DNA of 64,000 bases, from IMG/VR virus record IMGVR_UViG_3300046780_000427, positions 8,059 to 72,058 of that record; one strand, given 5' to 3'. The translations under genes and the position numbers were made by a program. Below, one piece after another: positions 1 to 8,346 of the stretch (position 1 is its first letter; each line of letters begins with the position of its first letter). The notes below the pieces were generated by a model. That model searched no databases. It had not been told where the DNA came from and saw only the letters and a program-made list of their open reading frames with translations. This stretch comes from a virus.

Positions 1-249
1 GGTGAGCATGAGCGGCCGGCGATGGCGTTCGGGTTCGGGTTCGGCCTGGTGTACCTGCCGCATCACCTGATCGCCTCCTACATCGAGGCGCACCCGGGGG
101 AGCGGCTGACCGACCCGGTGTTTTCAAGCTGGCACTTGGAGGCCACCGGTAGGGGGGTGCGGGTGTGCTGGTCGGTGCGGCCGGTGCACCTGCACTACCC
201 CGCCGCCATCAGCGGGCACCTACAGGAGGCGCAGTCCGATGCCGCTTGA
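1..249 (+). CDS. Partial CDS (5' end outside window), possibly the C-terminus of a GT-A glycosyltransferase-like protein
   Basis: Frame is open from base 1; GFGLVYLP...TDPVFS...VRPVHLH resembles the C-terminal part of phage GT-A enzymes. Weak. Confidence 0.35.
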   Translation, partial: GEHERPAMAFGFGFGLVYLPHHLIASYIEAHPGERLTDPVFSSWHLEATGRGVRVCWSVRPVHLHYPAAISGHLQEAQSDAA

Positions 250-544
250 CCGAGACGAGCAGGACAACATCCGGGAGCAGTTCGCCGGGGACCCGAGGGC
301 CGGGCAGGTGGAGCAGGCCGCCGCTGAGCGGGCCGCCCTGGCCGAGCATGACCAGGACACCGCCGGGCCGGACAAGCGGCTGGAGGGGTTCGGGTACAAG
401 ACGCAGGCGCAGCAGGCCGAGGAGCGTAAGGCCGCGGCGGAGAAGCGCCGGGAGGCCGCCAAGAAGGACGACGGCGGCAAGGACGACAAGGGGCCTGCGC
501 CGGCGAAGACCGGCGCCCGTGACCGTTCCACCCGCGGGAGCTGA
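239..544 (+). CDS. Hypothetical charged protein of the head/neck region
   Basis: AGGAGG RBS, overlaps upstream stop; Lys/Asp/Ala-rich. Confidence 0.7.
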   Translation: MPLDRDEQDNIREQFAGDPRAGQVEQAAAERAALAEHDQDTAGPDKRLEGFGYKTQAQQAEERKAAAEKRREAAKKDDGGKDDKGPAPAKTGARDRSTRGS

Positions 545-550
545 CCTGCC

Positions 551-934
551 ATGTACACGGTGACTTGCCCGGCCTCCGGGCTGTCGGTGGTGGTGGCGTG
601 CGCCTGCGATCAGGTAGGCCACGACCCGGCCGCAGCCGGCGCGCATCATGACCGGTGCCAGATGTCGAACCTGACCGCCAACCTGACCTGCCCGCCCTCG
701 GCCGGGTGCTGCGCCGAGGACCATGATCATGAGGCCACGGCGAACGCCTGCCCCGGCGCCCACGACGGGCAGGAATGCCCGGCCGGGACTGACTGCCTGG
801 TGTTCACCCCGGCCGGGGAGGACTGCCCCGGCGGTCACTGTCACAAGGATGTTGACGGGTGCACCGTCTGCCATCCGGTGATCATCACCGCTGGCATGGG
901 TGCCGCGGTGCTGCGGCCGGCGGTGTCGGCATGA
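551..934 (+). CDS. Cys/His-rich putative metal-binding protein
   Basis: 14 Cys and 9 His in 127 aa; ATGA coupling to next gene. Confidence 0.65.
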   Translation: MYTVTCPASGLSVVVACACDQVGHDPAAAGAHHDRCQMSNLTANLTCPPSAGCCAEDHDHEATANACPGAHDGQECPAGTDCLVFTPAGEDCPGGHCHKDVDGCTVCHPVIITAGMGAAVLRPAVSA

Positions 935-1416
935 GGGCGGCGTGGCGGGCGTACCGGCTGGCCACGTCGGCGACGGTCCTCTGGGCGTTCCTCATGCTCG
1001 GTGCCGCGCTCGATCAGGCCATCGCCCAGAAGGTCATGGCGTCGATCACGTCGGCGACGGCGTTTACGACGCTGACCACCGGGTTTAAGATCCGGCTGGA
1101 TTCGGGCACGTCGACCGCGGCGGCGGCCGGGACCGAGATCACCGGCTCGGGGTACACCGCTGGGGGGCAGACGTCGACAGCGCCGTTCGCGTCGACTGCG
1201 ACCACGGCCAACCCGTCGATCGTGACGATCCCGCACACGGCGATCCTCACCTGGACCAACGCTTCGGGCGGGAACTGGTCTATCCAGTCCCTTGACCTGT
1301 CCGACGGGGCGGCGGTGCGGACTATGTTCGGCAACTGGAACGGTGCCCCCGTGGTCGTGGCGAACGGAAACACGTTCCAAGTGGCGCTAGACGCGATCTC
1401 GGCGCAGGGCGGCTGA
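931..1416 (+). CDS. Virion structural protein (small fibre/decoration family)
   Basis: ATG at 931 overlaps upstream stop; GTEITGSGYTAGG...VANGNTF pattern typical of actinophage small structural proteins. Confidence 0.65.
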   Translation: MRAAWRAYRLATSATVLWAFLMLGAALDQAIAQKVMASITSATAFTTLTTGFKIRLDSGTSTAAAAGTEITGSGYTAGGQTSTAPFASTATTANPSIVTIPHTAILTWTNASGGNWSIQSLDLSDGAAVRTMFGNWNGAPVVVANGNTFQVALDAISAQGG

Positions 1417-1417
1417 C

Positions 1418-1987
1418 ATGGCCCAGGTGTGGCGGTTCCCCTGCACGCCGCTCGTGGACGCGGCAGGTGTCGCGGTCACCGCCGCCGCTTTGACCGGCTC
1501 CGGTATCGCGGAACTGCCGCAGGTGCCGTCGTCGGTGCTGGTCAAAGGCGCTCACCTGTCGCTGCACGCCAACTTTGAGGTCACCTCCACCTCCGCGACC
1601 CCGACAGTCGTGATGTCGTTCTACGCCGGCGCGGTCGGGTCGGTCATCGGGTCGAAGATCCTTATCGCCGCGTCACCCGCCTTGGTGATCAACGTCGCGG
1701 CGACATCGTGGCCGGGCATCATGAAATGGGACGGAAGGTTCAGCACCCTCTCGCCCACGGCTGGGGTGCTCCACGGGTCGGGTGCGGTCAAGTCGGGGTT
1801 CTCCGCGGCGGGCGGGCTGGCGGCGCAGTTGCAGGAGTTCCCCTTGCCGATCACGCTGGCGCTGCGGACCGTCTCGACGTTCAACACGTCGGTCCCGCTG
1901 GAGATCGACGTGGGCGTGACCCTGTCGTCGGTCACCGGCACCCCGTCTGTCCTGATCACGGACCTTTTCGCTGAACTGAGCGGCTGA
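1418..1987 (+). CDS. Putative virion structural protein
   Basis: Beta-rich 189 aa ORF in the structural operon. Confidence 0.65.
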   Translation: MAQVWRFPCTPLVDAAGVAVTAAALTGSGIAELPQVPSSVLVKGAHLSLHANFEVTSTSATPTVVMSFYAGAVGSVIGSKILIAASPALVINVAATSWPGIMKWDGRFSTLSPTAGVLHGSGAVKSGFSAAGGLAAQLQEFPLPITLALRTVSTFNTSVPLEIDVGVTLSSVTGTPSVLITDLFAELSG

Positions 1988-2012
1988 CCCGGCCAGGAGG
2001 CGGTGAGCCCGC

Positions 2013-3950
2013 ATGGCCGCCAGTGTCCGCAGCACCTCCACCTACGCCTCGGCGGCCAGTGACACGTCGGTAGCTGCCGTGCTGCCGTCCGGGTGGCAGC
2101 CCGGCGACGTCTGCTACGTCTTCGGCGAACTCCGCGCGGCCTCTGGCACGCTATCCACGTCCACCCCCGGGTGGACGACCCTGGTCGCGTCGTTCGCCTG
2201 CGCGGCGTCCACGTCGTCGTCGATGGCCCTGTTCCGCCGGGTGCTGCAGGCCGGGGACACGGCTGGGCCGACGGTCACCTGCACGTCGGGGCGGCTGTGC
2301 CTGGTCTCGGTAGCCGTGCAGGGCGCGGACAACGGCACGCCCGAGGACGGCGTGACCGTCCTGTCGAACAACGGCGGGGCTGGCGCGCAAACCTCCGTAC
2401 CAGGGTCGGCGATCACCCCGAACGGGGCCGCGGACCTGCTGCTGTGCGGGTACGGCTGCGGCGACGCGGTCACCGCGAACACGGGCATCAGCTTCGGCAC
2501 CCCTTCGGGGATGACGATCGCCGCGCAGACCGCGAGCACCCTGGCCGCGTCGACCGACGCCGGGCTGATGGTGGCCAGCCAGCAGCTGGCGTCGAGCGCG
2601 CAGGTGACGCCGGCGTCCAGCGCGGTGACTACGTCGCCTGCGAATAATGCGGTAGATGTCCAGTCGGTCACCCTGGTAGTCCTCCCGGCCGCTGCGTCAG
2701 CCACAAGCCCTGCGCCGTTGCCGCCGGTGATGTTCCCGCCGCTGTCGCGGATGTTCGGCCCTAACCCGCCGTTCGCCGTGGCGGCGCAGACGCCTGCCCC
2801 GGCCACGGTCAGCACCCAGCAGGGCACCGTCACGCTGGCCGCCGGCACGTCACTGACCGCGCCCGCCGTCCAGTTGGCGCCGGCGACCCTGCTGCCCGCT
2901 GCTGCCCTGTCAGCGCCTGCAGCCGCCGAACTGGCCCCGGCGACCCTGGCCGCGCTCGCGTCGGTCACCGCGCCGGTCAGCACCGAACTGGTCACCGCGA
3001 CGCTCGCCGTCCTGGCATCGCTCACATCCCCCGTGGTCGAGATCCCGGCTGCGGTGACGCTGGGCGCCGGGTTCACGGTCACCAGTCCTGGGGGGCTGGC
3101 GTCCCCGGCGTCGCTGATCGTCGCGGGTGCTTTGGCCGCGTCTGGTGGCGGCCCGTCCGGTGCGACCCTGGCCGGCGGGTTCACCCTCACCGACACCGGC
3201 ATCCTGCTCGCCCCCGCCACCCTGGCCGCTGCCTGGTCACTGACCTCCCCCGTGGTGCAACTGGCCCCGGCGGCCCTGGCCGCTGCCTGGTCACTGACCG
3301 ACACGGCTGTGCTGCTCGCTCCCGCGTCCCTGATCGCTACTGCGGCCCTTGGGGCACCGGCCGTGATCCAGCAGGCCATCGCGTCCCTGACAGCCGCAGT
3401 GTCGCTCACCGCACTGCTGAGCAGGCAACTAGCCCCCGCTACCCTGGGCGCCGGGTTCACCGTGACCGACGCAGTAGTGCAGCTCGCCGTCGCGACCTTG
3501 ACCGCTGCTGCGTCCCTCGCCGGGGGAACCGGGGCGGCGGGTGCCGCCACCTTGACCGCGGCCTGGACTGTCAACACGCCGTTGACAGTCCAGGCCGCGC
3601 CAGCGGTCCTGGCTGCCCTGGCCTCCCTCGGCATCCCCGCGTCCCGCGTGGCCGCCGTAGCGGTCCTGGCCCCGGCCTGGGCCATGACCGGGCAGGGGAA
3701 GCAGATCGCCCCCGCCACGCTGCTGCTCGCAGTGTCGCTCACCGCTGCGGCCGGCGGCCCCGTTACAGTGATCTATGGAACCGCGACGATAGGCGCGGGA
3801 CCGCTTCCCGGCGCAGTGCCAGGCGCCGGGCCAGCCCCCGGGCAACCAGGGGCCCTGGTCACCGGCGCAGCACCGGGGAGCGGCCGCACCATCGCTGTGA
3901 CTGCCGGCGCAGGTTCCTCCGATGTGGTTATCCCCGGAGGACCGCTGTGA
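2013..3950 (+). CDS. Ala/Thr-rich repeat fibre-like virion protein
   Basis: N-terminal beta domain (LPSGWQPGD...TPGWT), then ~19-aa repeats (QLAPATLAAAWSLT...); AGGAGG RBS. Confidence 0.65.
   Translation: MAASVRSTSTYASAASDTSVAAVLPSGWQPGDVCYVFGELRAASGTLSTSTPGWTTLVASFACAASTSSSMALFRRVLQAGDTAGPTVTCTSGRLCLVSVAVQGADNGTPEDGVTVLSNNGGAGAQTSVPGSAITPNGAADLLLCGYGCGDAVTANTGISFGTPSGMTIAAQTASTLAASTDAGLMVASQQLASSAQVTPASSAVTTSPANNAVDVQSVTLVVLPAAASATSPAPLPPVMFPPLSRMFGPNPPFAVAAQTPAPATVSTQQGTVTLAAGTSLTAPAVQLAPATLLPAAALSAPAAAELAPATLAALASVTAPVSTELVTATLAVLASLTSPVVEIPAAVTLGAGFTVTSPGGLASPASLIVAGALAASGGGPSGATLAGGFTLTDTGILLAPATLAAAWSLTSPVVQLAPAALAAAWSLTDTAVLLAPASLIATAALGAPAVIQQAIASLTAAVSLTALLSRQLAPATLGAGFTVTDAVVQLAVATLTAAASLAGGTGAAGAATLTAAWTVNTPLTVQAAPAVLAALASLGIPASRVAAVAVLAPAWAMTGQGKQIAPATLLLAVSLTAAAGGPVTVIYGTATIGAGPLPGAVPGAGPAPGQPGALVTGAAPGSGRTIAVTAGAGSSDVVIPGGPL
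3569..3587. promoter_or_regulatory. TGTCAA-N7-TTGACA palindrome (intragenic)
   Basis: tgtcaa cacgccg ttgaca. Confidence 0.7.
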
Positions 3951-4801
3951 GCCTGGACGTTGGCACCGTCTACACCGCCACCCTGGCGCTGACGGACGCG
4001 ACGACAGGTGCCCCGGTGAACCCGGTCACAGCGGTGCTGACGGTGACCAACCCGGACCAGACCGTCTACGTGTCCGGGGTCGGCCCGAACCCGCCGGTCA
4101 CCCTGCCACCCGCGGCGACCGGGCTGCTCATCTACCCGTACACGCTGGGGCAGGAGGGGCTGACCAAGTTCGCCTGGTCCGGGACCCTGTCTGGCGGGGC
4201 GGCGTTCCCGCCGAAGGTGGACTACATCAATGCCCGGTCGTTCCGGTCGGCGGTGTCCCTGGCCGAGACCACGGACCACCTCGGGGTCACTGACCCGGCG
4301 AGGACTGAGCGGATCCGGTCGCTGATGGGGACCGCCACCGCGTATGCGGAGCGGATCGTCGGCACCCTGGTCCCGAGGGTGTTCACCAACGACTGGATCC
4401 CGGGTGCTTACCGGCCGATCATCCGGCTCCCCCACGGGCCCGCGCTGAACGACCAGGCGGTGACCGCGATCGCCTCGGTCTATCCCAACGGGCCGTCCTG
4501 GTCGCTGGCCAACGGCGACTTCGTGGTCAACCCGTACCCCGGGACGGTGTACCTCAGGTCGCTCCTCGACTGGTGGTACGGGCCGTGGCACGCCACCTAC
4601 ACCGCCGGTGTGAGCATCGTCCACGAGGACATCGCTGAGGCGATCCTGGAGATCATCCGGGACCTGTACACGCCGGCGCGGGGCCTGTCGGTGGACATCG
4701 CGGAGCAGGCATCAGAGCAGTTGGCGATGCCGCCGTTCTACCACGCACCACCCCGGGCGCAGATGCTCCTGGACCAGCACAAACTGCCCGGGTTCGCCTG
4801 A
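3947..4801 (+). CDS. Head-to-tail adaptor
   Basis: VSLAETTDHLGV...ATAYAERIVG...TYTAG...EAILEII adaptor pattern with an extra N-terminal Ig-like domain. Confidence 0.75.
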   Translation: MSLDVGTVYTATLALTDATTGAPVNPVTAVLTVTNPDQTVYVSGVGPNPPVTLPPAATGLLIYPYTLGQEGLTKFAWSGTLSGGAAFPPKVDYINARSFRSAVSLAETTDHLGVTDPARTERIRSLMGTATAYAERIVGTLVPRVFTNDWIPGAYRPIIRLPHGPALNDQAVTAIASVYPNGPSWSLANGDFVVNPYPGTVYLRSLLDWWYGPWHATYTAGVSIVHEDIAEAILEIIRDLYTPARGLSVDIAEQASEQLAMPPFYHAPPRAQMLLDQHKLPGFA

Positions 4802-4819
4802 GGAGAGAGGGACCAAGCC

Positions 4820-5377
4820 ATGACGAACACGCAGATCAAGGTCCTCCCCGGCGGGATCGCACCGCCGACCGGCCTGGCCGTGGGAGCTGCTGTCGGCGGT
4901 GGCACGTTCGCCGCCGCGACGTATTTCTGGAAGATCACTTACCACGGGGTCAACGGCGAGTCGCAGGGGTCGAATGAGGCTACCGTGGCGATCGCCCTGA
5001 ACGGGTCCGCGAACCTGACCTGGACCGCGCCGCCGGCGTCGGCCCGGTGCGTGGGGATCCGCATCTACCGGGGCACCGTCACCAACACTGAGAATGTCCT
5101 GGTCGCGGAGGTCCTGCCGAATACGACGGCGTTCACCGACACCAACCTGGGCGCGGCCGGGACACCACCGGCGACTACGTCGTTTACCACGATCAACAGT
5201 GACTCGGCGGCGCGGACGCTGAAAACGCATGCCGCTATGGCCGGTTTGACCGGCGGGCAGCTCAACCAGGTCCTCCGCGGGGTCAACTACTGGCACAACC
5301 AGCCGGCCAACCCGACCGTTGACGGGCAGGCGGCCAAGATCCTCGCCGCGGTCGGCCTCGGCATCCAGGAGGTCTAA
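4820..5377 (+). CDS. Virion protein with fibronectin-III-like domain
   Basis: YFWKIT...GESQGSNE...LTWTAP...IRIYRG...FTDT; GGAGAGAGGGA RBS. Confidence 0.65.
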   Translation: MTNTQIKVLPGGIAPPTGLAVGAAVGGGTFAAATYFWKITYHGVNGESQGSNEATVAIALNGSANLTWTAPPASARCVGIRIYRGTVTNTENVLVAEVLPNTTAFTDTNLGAAGTPPATTSFTTINSDSAARTLKTHAAMAGLTGGQLNQVLRGVNYWHNQPANPTVDGQAAKILAAVGLGIQEV

Positions 5378-5381
5378 ACCA

Positions 5382-5618
5382 GTGGCGACACAGATCAAGC
5401 CCAAGTCCTCAGGGTCGTTTACGACGATCACCGTGGACACTGCTAACCGCACGTCGGACGCCTCCACCGGGATGCCCGCCACCGGGCAGGCCAACGGCCT
5501 GATCCACGCGGCCCTGCGCGCGTGCAACGAGTGGCACAACCAGCCGGCCAACACGACCACCACCGCGCGGGCGCAGAAGATCGCCAGCGCCGCCGGCATC
5601 ACCATCCAGGAGGTCTAA
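5382..5618 (+). CDS. Small paralog of the C-terminus of 4820..5377
   Basis: Shares SFTTI, WHNQPAN and IQEV* with the upstream gene. Confidence 0.65.
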   Translation: MATQIKPKSSGSFTTITVDTANRTSDASTGMPATGQANGLIHAALRACNEWHNQPANTTTTARAQKIASAAGITIQEV

Positions 5619-5622
5619 ACCT

Positions 5623-6093
5623 GTGAAGTCCGCGCTGCCCGCCGCGATCACCGCCCTGCTGGCACTCCTGCCCGCATGGCAGGACCTCGCGGGTGTGGAC
5701 ATCAGGGACGCACTCCAGGTCCCTGATGAGTCCAAGGGCAGCGCGATCTTCATCGGGGACACCCAGGCTATTGATGCGAACAACCAGCCGATTGACACCG
5801 CCGCCGACTACATAGCGGACCTCGCCGGGCTCGGCGGGCGGGAGCGGGAAACGTTCTCGATCCACTGCTCCGCAGCCGTGCTGGACACCAACTCCAACTA
5901 CGCCGCGGCCCGTGCCGCGGTGACCGCACTGCGTGACGCAGTGGGGTCCTGCCTCGCCGTGCACATGGACCTCGGCGGGGCTATCCAGGGCAAGGCCCGG
6001 CTCGGCGCCGGGGGCCTGCGGTATGTCCGCCTCGATGTCGGGATCAAGGCGGTCCTCCTGTTCGACGTGGACGTTGACGCGTTCACCACTTAG
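5623..6093 (+). CDS. Tail terminator / tail completion protein
   Basis: Position before major tail protein; RERETFSIHC...DLGG...FDVDVDA pattern. Confidence 0.65.
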   Translation: MKSALPAAITALLALLPAWQDLAGVDIRDALQVPDESKGSAIFIGDTQAIDANNQPIDTAADYIADLAGLGGRERETFSIHCSAAVLDTNSNYAAARAAVTALRDAVGSCLAVHMDLGGAIQGKARLGAGGLRYVRLDVGIKAVLLFDVDVDAFTT

Positions 6094-6111
6094 GCCGAAG
6101 GAAGGGAACCG

Positions 6112-6456
6112 ATGGCCTCCACCTATGTTGCACAGAGCATCACCCACGCGGGCAGCCAGCCCACCTGGACCGCCCCCGCCGCCTCGGGGGACCAGGCCCC
6201 CACCGGGGCGTCCCTCTACCTGGTCGTGTTCAACGGCTCGGTGTCCTCTATCACGGTGACGCTGCCGTTCACCCCGACCTACGACGGGCAGGGTGTGACC
6301 TCCCGCACCGTCAGCGTCCCGGCGTCCACCCTGGCCGCGCCGGCGCCGGTGTTCATCCCGTTGCCGGACGGCGTCTACGGGGTCGGGCTGACCGCGGTCA
6401 ACTACTCCGCCGTCACCACCGTTTCGGTGTTCGTGCTGCGGGTGTCCGCATCATGA
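6112..6456 (+). CDS. Hypothetical virion protein
   Basis: AAASGD...VFNGS...RTVSVPA...YSAVTTVSV, a pattern seen in actinophage neck regions. Confidence 0.65.
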   Translation: MASTYVAQSITHAGSQPTWTAPAASGDQAPTGASLYLVVFNGSVSSITVTLPFTPTYDGQGVTSRTVSVPASTLAAPAPVFIPLPDGVYGVGLTAVNYSAVTTVSVFVLRVSAS

Positions 6457-6698
6457 GGATCTGGCACCCCGGCCTGGAGGCCGATGGAGGCGAGGCGTTC
6501 TCCGATGTGCCGGAGGGCGCGGTCTCGATGATGCGGCAGTCCGGGTGGCTCCTGGCCACCGAACGCGACGGGCACCTGGAGGCGCTGGCCGCGCACCAGG
6601 CCCGCGCCGACGAGGAGTCCAAGCCAGGGCGGTCCCGTGCCCGCTCCGATCAGGCCGGCGGCGGAAAGGCCGGCGGCGACAACCCAGAGGGGAGCTGA
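6453..6698 (+). CDS. Hypothetical protein
   Basis: ATGA coupling; MRIWHPGL...SGW. Confidence 0.6.
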   Translation: MRIWHPGLEADGGEAFSDVPEGAVSMMRQSGWLLATERDGHLEALAAHQARADEESKPGRSRARSDQAGGGKAGGDNPEGS

Positions 6699-6704
6699 CC
6701 ACTC

Positions 6705-7184
6705 ATGCCGCCCGCACCACTCACCCCGACGAACAGGTATTTCCCGCCAGCGAAGCGGAAGATTTACTGGCTGACCACCTGCTCCAACTACAACGCCCCC
6801 ACCAGGGGTGAGCTGAACGCGGGCACCGACCTGTCCGCGGAGATCGCCGCCGTCGCCGGGTTCTCCCTCACGGACAACCCGGTGGACACCCCCGACATGG
6901 GGTCCCGGTTCACCTCCCAGGTCCCAGGGCGGCAGACCGCCGCCGGGTCGTCGCTGACGATCTACTGCGACCAGGTGGGCAACGACGCCCGGGCGCTGCT
7001 CCTCAACGGGGTCGCCGGGTTCGTGGTGTGCCTGTGGGAAGGCGACACCACCGGGTTTTTCATGGACGTGTTCCCTGCCCGCGTCGATTCACAGGCGATG
7101 GACACCACGGTGGATGACCCCGGCCAGTGCGTGTTCTCCTTCACCTGCTCCCGGGTGCCCGCGATCAGGGTCCTGGTCCCCTAG
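6705..7184 (+). CDS. Major tail (tube) protein
   Basis: APTRGELNAGTDLS...VDTPDMGSRFTSQVPGR, actinophage tail tube signature. Confidence 0.85.
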   Translation: MPPAPLTPTNRYFPPAKRKIYWLTTCSNYNAPTRGELNAGTDLSAEIAAVAGFSLTDNPVDTPDMGSRFTSQVPGRQTAAGSSLTIYCDQVGNDARALLLNGVAGFVVCLWEGDTTGFFMDVFPARVDSQAMDTTVDDPGQCVFSFTCSRVPAIRVLVP

Positions 7185-7185
7185 G

Positions 7186-7719
7186 GTGCCCGCACCGTCG
7201 CGGACGGCCTCAGCGTTCGGGCTCCACTCCCTGTCGGGGGTGGAGCTGCGCACGGTCGCGCGGCGGTTGCGGGAGATGGATGAGCCGAGGACGGCGCTGC
7301 TGTTCCGCCGGGAGCTGCGGGCGGCCGCGGCACCGATGGTCCCCGCGGTGCGCAGGTCCATTCAGGCGATCCCGGCGAAGACAGGCTCGGTGCGGCGGCA
7401 GGGCGGGTCGCTGCGGGCCTCGATGCAGCGGGCCACCAAGTTGTACGTCCGCACGTCCGGCCGGCTGACCGGGGTTGTGATCATGGTCAACGGCCAGTTG
7501 ATGCCCGCGGGGATGCGGTCCCTCCCCGCGTATGAGGAGGGCACCAAACCACGGTGGCGGCATCCGGTGTTCGGTCACACCGACAGGTGGGTTGCGCAGG
7601 CGCCGCACCCGTATTTCTACAACACGGTACGGCCTATGGGCGTGGTTGCCCGGGTGGCCGTAGGGCGGGCGATGTCCCGTGTCAGCGAGGACATCACCGG
7701 AGGAAGGAGGGCGTTTTAG
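7186..7719 (+). CDS. HK97 gp10-like tail completion protein
   Basis: Basic protein with EEGT..RWRHPVFG..WVAQ...PYF motif. Confidence 0.7.
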   Translation: MPAPSRTASAFGLHSLSGVELRTVARRLREMDEPRTALLFRRELRAAAAPMVPAVRRSIQAIPAKTGSVRRQGGSLRASMQRATKLYVRTSGRLTGVVIMVNGQLMPAGMRSLPAYEEGTKPRWRHPVFGHTDRWVAQAPHPYFYNTVRPMGVVARVAVGRAMSRVSEDITGGRRAF

Positions 7720-8190
7720 ATGGGGCTGCTTGGAAGAGATGAGATCCTGACCCACACCGATCTGCCATTCGAGGACGTGTACGTTCCGGAGTGGTCAGGG
7801 TCGGTGCGGGTGCGGGGCCTGTCCGGGAAAGACCGGGACGCCTACGAGGCATCCACGGTGATCATGCGCACCGGCAAGGGCGGCCGGCTGGAGCAGGGAC
7901 GGGACCTGGACAACCTGCGGGCGAAACTGATTGTCCGCTGCCTGGTCGATGACAACGGCGACCGGCTGTTCCACGACGGCGAATACGACACGGTAGGTGC
8001 CCTGTCCGGGGCGATCCTGGCCCGCCTGTGGGACACCGCATCCAAACTGTCCGGCCTCGGGGATGAGGACCTGGAGGAGCTGGTGCGGGATTTCGGGTCA
8101 ACCCCTGGCGGGGGTTCGTCTACTCCCTCGCCCTCGCCCTCGGGTGCCCCGTCGCCGAACTCCTCACCCGGATCTCCTCCCGGGAGCTGA
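7720..8190 (+). CDS. Tail assembly chaperone (G)
   Basis: DVYVPEWSGSVRVRGLSGKDRDAYE...RAKLIVRCLVD. Confidence 0.9.
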   Translation: MGLLGRDEILTHTDLPFEDVYVPEWSGSVRVRGLSGKDRDAYEASTVIMRTGKGGRLEQGRDLDNLRAKLIVRCLVDDNGDRLFHDGEYDTVGALSGAILARLWDTASKLSGLGDEDLEELVRDFGSTPGGGSSTPSPSPSGAPSPNSSPGSPPGS

Positions 8191-8327
8191 CCGGCTGGTA
8201 CGCCTACCACACCTGGGTCCAGGAGCAGGAAGCCGCCGAGGAGAAGCAGAAACACCAGGGGTCGGGGGGGCTGGGAGGCCCGCCGGTGGCAGCACCAGTG
8301 AACATGCGGGGCGCAGGCCCCGCCTAG
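7720..8327 (+). CDS. Tail assembly chaperone GT via programmed -1 frameshift at GGGATTTC (8087-8094)
   Basis: The -1 frame reads FRVNPWRGFVYSLALALGCPVAELLTRISSRELTGWYAY...GPA*, a typical T segment, directly before the tape measure gene. Confidence 0.8.
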
Positions 8328-8346
8328 AGGACGGAAGGGAGGCCCG

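Noticed and set aside
2114-3742. Long antisense or alternate-frame ORFs (also 10948..12468, 50857..52455, 52525..53901, 58109..59329)
   Set aside because: Shadow ORFs expected in high-GC DNA, opposite well-supported genes, with no motifs.
5180-5621. Diversity-generating retroelement TR/VR pair
   Set aside because: No reverse transcriptase in the window and the differences are not adenine-specific.
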